A DNA stretch of 63,437 nt, filler included, from Chiloscyllium plagiosum (lineage: Eukaryota), in NCBI RefSeq assembly GCF_004010195.1. It is 7 parts of one record of this genome, joined end to end, with 100 filler letters (N's around TTAATTAATTAA, not from the genome) between each part and the next. Parts side by side here need not be neighbours in the genome. Positions count along the whole stretch, not along the records: positions 53,749 to 60,888 come from NC_057716.1; positions 60,989 to 63,437 come from NC_057716.1; 5 more parts are not named here. One strand, 5' to 3'. The notes under the pieces were generated by a model. That model had not been told where the DNA came from. It saw only the letters and a list, made by a program, of their open reading frames with translations, and searched no databases. This document shows positions 59,898-63,437 of the stretch, piece by piece (within the stretch, counting starts at the first letter, position 1; every line of letters starts with the position of its first letter). The position numbers and the translations under genes are program-made.

Positions 59898-60519
59898 NNN
59901 NNNNNNNNNNNNNNNNNNNNNNNNNNNNNNNNNNNNNNNNNNNNNNNNNNNNNNNNNNNNNNNNNNNNNNNNNNNNNNNNNNNNNNNNNNNNNNNNNNNN
60001 NNNNNNNNNNNNNNNNNNNNNNNNNNNNNNNNNNNNNNNNNNNNNNNNNNNNNNNNNNNNNNNNNNNNNNNNNNNNNNNNNNNNNNNNNNNNNNNNNNNN
60101 NNNNNNNNNNNNNNNNNNNNNNNNNNNNNNNNNNNNNNNNNNNNNNNNNNNNNNNNNNNNNNNNNNNNNNNNNNNNNNNNNNNNNNNNNNNNNNNNNNNN
60201 NNNNNNNNNNNNNNNNNNNNNNNNNNNNNNNNNNNNNNNNNNNNNNNNNNNNNNNNNNNNNNNNNNNNNNNNNNNNNNNNNNNNNNNNNNNNNNNNNNNN
60301 NNNNNNNNNNNNNNNNNNNNNNNNNNNNNNNNNNNNNNNNNNNNNNNNNNNNNNNNNNNNNNNNNNNNNNNNNNNNNNNNNNNNNNNNNNNNNNNNNCAG
60401 CATTGGTATTTAATTTCTTCCTTTCTAATACCCTTTCTTCCAAATTCAACTTCAGTCAGAGACTGCTCCAGGGAGTAGATGAATAGACATGTTGTGCCAT
60501 GATCACACCACGAAAGTTA

Positions 60520-60888
60520 CATATGTTGATAATATCTGGTCTGCATCCCTGACTCCATATGTCGGCACCCTGGACTTCTGCTGGCAGCTCATTCTATATG
60601 TGTACCCCCCTCTGTATAAAAACATTGCCCCACAGGTTCCCTTTTATTCTTTCCCCTCTAAGCTTAAAATTATGTTCTCTTGTCATTGATTCTCCAACCC
60701 TTGTTCACCCTATCCATGCCTCTCATGATCTCAGACACTTCTATAAGAGCCTCTTCAGTCTCCTATGCTCTAAAAAAAGTCCTGGCTTTTCCAACCTTTC
60801 CCTATAACTCAGACCATTGATCCCTGGCAAATTTCTAGTAAATGTCTTCTGCACACTTTCCATTTTAATAGCATCCTTCCTGTAGCAA
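60520..60888 (-). mobile_element. Degenerate CR1 3' end
   Basis: Reverse-complemented CR1 RT end / 3' UTR remnants. Confidence 0.65.
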
Positions 60889-60988
60889 NNNNNNNNNNNN
60901 NNNNNNNNNNNNNNNNNNNNNNNNNNNNNNNNTTAATTAATTAANNNNNNNNNNNNNNNNNNNNNNNNNNNNNNNNNNNNNNNNNNNN

Positions 60989-61400
60989 TAGGTGTTGATA
61001 TCTGCAAGTAGTTGTTGTGCTTTTTGGATGTAATCAGATTTATCTAGGATGACCGTCATTCTGCCTTTATCTGCTGGTAGTATGATTATGTTCTTATCGT
61101 TTCTTAGTGATTTCAGTGCTTCCCTCTCCTTGGTGTTGAGGTTATGTGTTTGTCTTTTCCTTATTATCATAGGTACGACAGTTTGTCTCACTGTTTGTTG
61201 TGTCTCTTCTGTCAGTCCATTGTTCCTGAGTGTGCATTCTAGTGCTGAAACATCAAAGAAGCGCTTCGCAGGAGGCTCCCAAGCACTGATGATGTCGCCT
61301 AGCCAGGGGACGAAACGTTTGCAACAAAAACTTCCAGCTCGGCGAACAGAACCACAACAACGAGCACCCGAGCTACAAATCTTCGCACAAACTTTGAATA
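60989..61400 (-). mobile_element. Penelope-like element (family D, related to C): RT N-terminal fragment with inverted terminal repeat
   Basis: Minus strand NLNTKEREALKSLRNDKNIIILPADKGRMTVILDKSDY (PLE ADKG motif). The opposite-orientation terminus at ~61250-61400 carries a hammerhead. Confidence 0.88.
61283..61322 (+). ncRNA. Minimal hammerhead ribozyme motif (PLE family D)
   Basis: GCA-CUGAUGA-U-GUCGCCU-agcc-AGGGGAC-GAAA-CGUU^UGC. Stem I GCA/UGC, 7-bp stem II with one mismatch, palindromic ACGU, GUU triplet. Confidence 0.78.
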
Positions 61401-63289
61401 TAAAATAAAAGATGTTAACAGTTAGCACACCTGTGAAGAAATCATAGGAACAAGCAGTAAGCCATTTTCTCCCAAAACGTCTCCTCCCCCACCACCGACA
61501 ATGTTCGGTCATTCAAATACATAATTGTGAGCTATATCTTTCAGACTACGAACTGGTCTCTAATTTATAGGAATGGCCTGAGTTCCACAACATTTTACAC
61601 ACAAATAACACTATCACTGGGAAAACAACCTCTGCTAGATCCCCACATGCCTATTACCCCAACACTACTGAAGGAGGAGGCAATGACCTGGGGGATGATC
61701 ACTGGACTGTTAATCCAGAGACCCAGGTAATATTCTAGGGAGCTGGGTTCAAATCTCACCAGGGCAAATGGTGGAATTTGAATTCAATAAATATTTAATG
61801 ACTACTATAAATCCATTGCCAATTGTCGGAAAAACCCATTTGGTTCATTAACGTCCTTTAAGGAAGGAAATCTGCCCTCCTTACTTGGTGTGGCCTACAT
61901 GTGACTCCACAACAAAGTGGTTGACTCTCAACTGCCCTCTGGGCAATCAGGGATGGGCAATAAATGCTGGCACAGCTAGCAACACCCTTATCCTGTTACA
62001 GAATAAAAGAAACTCAAAACCAATTGTAAACTCTGAACAAGGCAATCAGAAATTGGAAACAGTGTTACAAAGATATTGTCATATTCACAATTCAAAGGTC
62101 TTGAGAACTGTTGAAAAATAGTCACCATCCTAAGTTCTCAGTGAGTGGAAGAAATAGAAACTGCACAACAGCAGTGCATACAGTGCCAATTGTTTCACAC
62201 ATTGTAAAGCATTTAGATATTTGGCAATTGCGAAAACCAGTATACAAGGACAAATTATCTTTTTGCTTTCTTTCGCTTTTTGCCTATTGCAGTGGAATTG
62301 TAAAATGTGCAATAACCCATTCCACCCCAACTGCCAAGAAAAGGTGTGTTCAGCTTTACAACTGGCAAGCAGTAGAATGTCAGAAGTGAATATTGGAGAG
62401 CTTAAATCAAGTTATGTGATCTAATTCATCTTAAATGCAAACATAAATTAAAGAAATTACAATGTTACATTTTTGCTAATATCGTACTAACTCTATTACT
62501 AACCTTTTAGAAATGTAGATGGGTTCAGTACAGATTTGACAAGGTTAAGTATCAATCTGTATTCAGTAAATCAATGACATTTTTCTAATGCTGTCCCTTT
62601 GTGACATGAACATAAACATTTAACCTTCAATAGCAGACTGCTGGGGCATCAAGCAGGTCTGGCTTTTTTTCTTTAATGCTCTGACATCACCTTTGTGCTA
62701 CCTGTGGTGGAGCATCAATCATGCACATTATCTTTTTTATTCAGTCACCGCATTCCCTTCTTAGCTTTATAGCAGAACTTGCACAAATTCCATACTTGCC
62801 TCTGTGCAAGGAACTTTAGACTTTTGAATTAGCTATTTTGATATATTTTGGAGTCTCTGGTAAAGAATTCTGTGGAAAATTGCATTAGTGTGACAGGATA
62901 TATGTCTTTCCTGAAATTCCACAGAGCTTATTTTACTATAATTTGGGAGGTTAAATTACCATTTGTCACTTTCAAGTGCAGACCACATGCAGAGGAAAAG
63001 TATGATGCTTGCAAATTTGAGAAGAGCCTTTGAAAAGTCATGTCTGTGCTGTTTGAAGTCAAAAACCACATGACACCACGTTAGAGTCGAACAGGTTTAT
63101 TTGAAATGACAAGCTTTCAGAGTCCCCGCTCCTTCATCGGGCAGCTCCAACAGCTCGCAGTTTCAAATAAACCTGTTAGACTATAACCTAGTGTCATGTG
63201 ATTTTTGACTGTACCCACCCCAGTCCAACACCGGTACCTCCAAATCATGTGATGATTGAAGCAAGAAATTTCCTCAGAAAATGACTGGT

Positions 63290-63437
63290 ACATAGAACAT
63301 AGAAAAATACAGCGCAGTACAGGCCCTTTGGCCCTCGATGTTGCACCGATCCAAGCCCACCTAACCTACACTAGCCCACTATCCTCCATATGCCTATCCA
63401 ATGCCCGTTTAAATGCCCATAAAGAGGGAGAGTCCAC
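63290..63437 (-). mobile_element. Young CR1 3' tail
   Basis: Near-identical to the reverse complement of 29590-29735 and to 37995-38140 (catagaacatagaaaaatacagcgcagtacaggccc). Confidence 0.9.

Noticed and set aside
57547..60486. Very long ORFs (576, 948, 405 aa etc.) in the ORF track
   Set aside because: Lengths are inflated by N runs; only the PLE part 58722-~59760 is real. The same applies to ORFs across 28277-28826, 42611-43177 and 48917-49382.

Overview
Repeat-rich vertebrate genomic DNA, almost certainly from a shark (elasmobranch): it carries many HE1/V-SINE-like tRNA SINEs, CR1 LINEs and exons of a CPS1-type carbamoyl-phosphate synthetase. It is a draft scaffold with six artificial 100-bp joins (44 N + TTAATTAATTAA + 44 N) and six ordinary N gaps, so long-range adjacency is uncertain. 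Host genes, all on the + strand: (i) the probable last two exons of an unidentified gene (2813-2963 and 4352-~4885); (ii) five internal CPS1/CPS III exons with canonical AG/GT boundaries (15417-15615, 23141-23259, 32356-32497, 33298-33363, 33450-33513), with one expected exon between the first two not visible; (iii) a probable two-coding-exon ecto-ADP-ribosyltransferase (ARTC family, R-S-ExE) at 36624-36666 + 43959-44887. This ART is atypical: it lacks the four canonical ARTC cysteines and ends in a transmembrane helix plus a KxKxx di-lysine tail instead of a GPI signal. The rest is mostly retroelements: an intact L1 ORF2 3' end, many nested CR1 fragments, two SINE families, Gypsy RT and integrase remnants, two minisatellites and several Penelope-like element (PLE) families. 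The strongest non-coding signal is that at least four PLE families carry minimal hammerhead ribozyme motifs (CUGANGA - stem II - GAAA - palindromic ACGU/AGCU - NUH). One is a 218-bp insertion with a 14-bp TSD that contains a perfect 174-bp palindrome holding two back-to-back hammerheads. All calls come from reading the sequence; no searches were run, and repeat boundaries are approximate.
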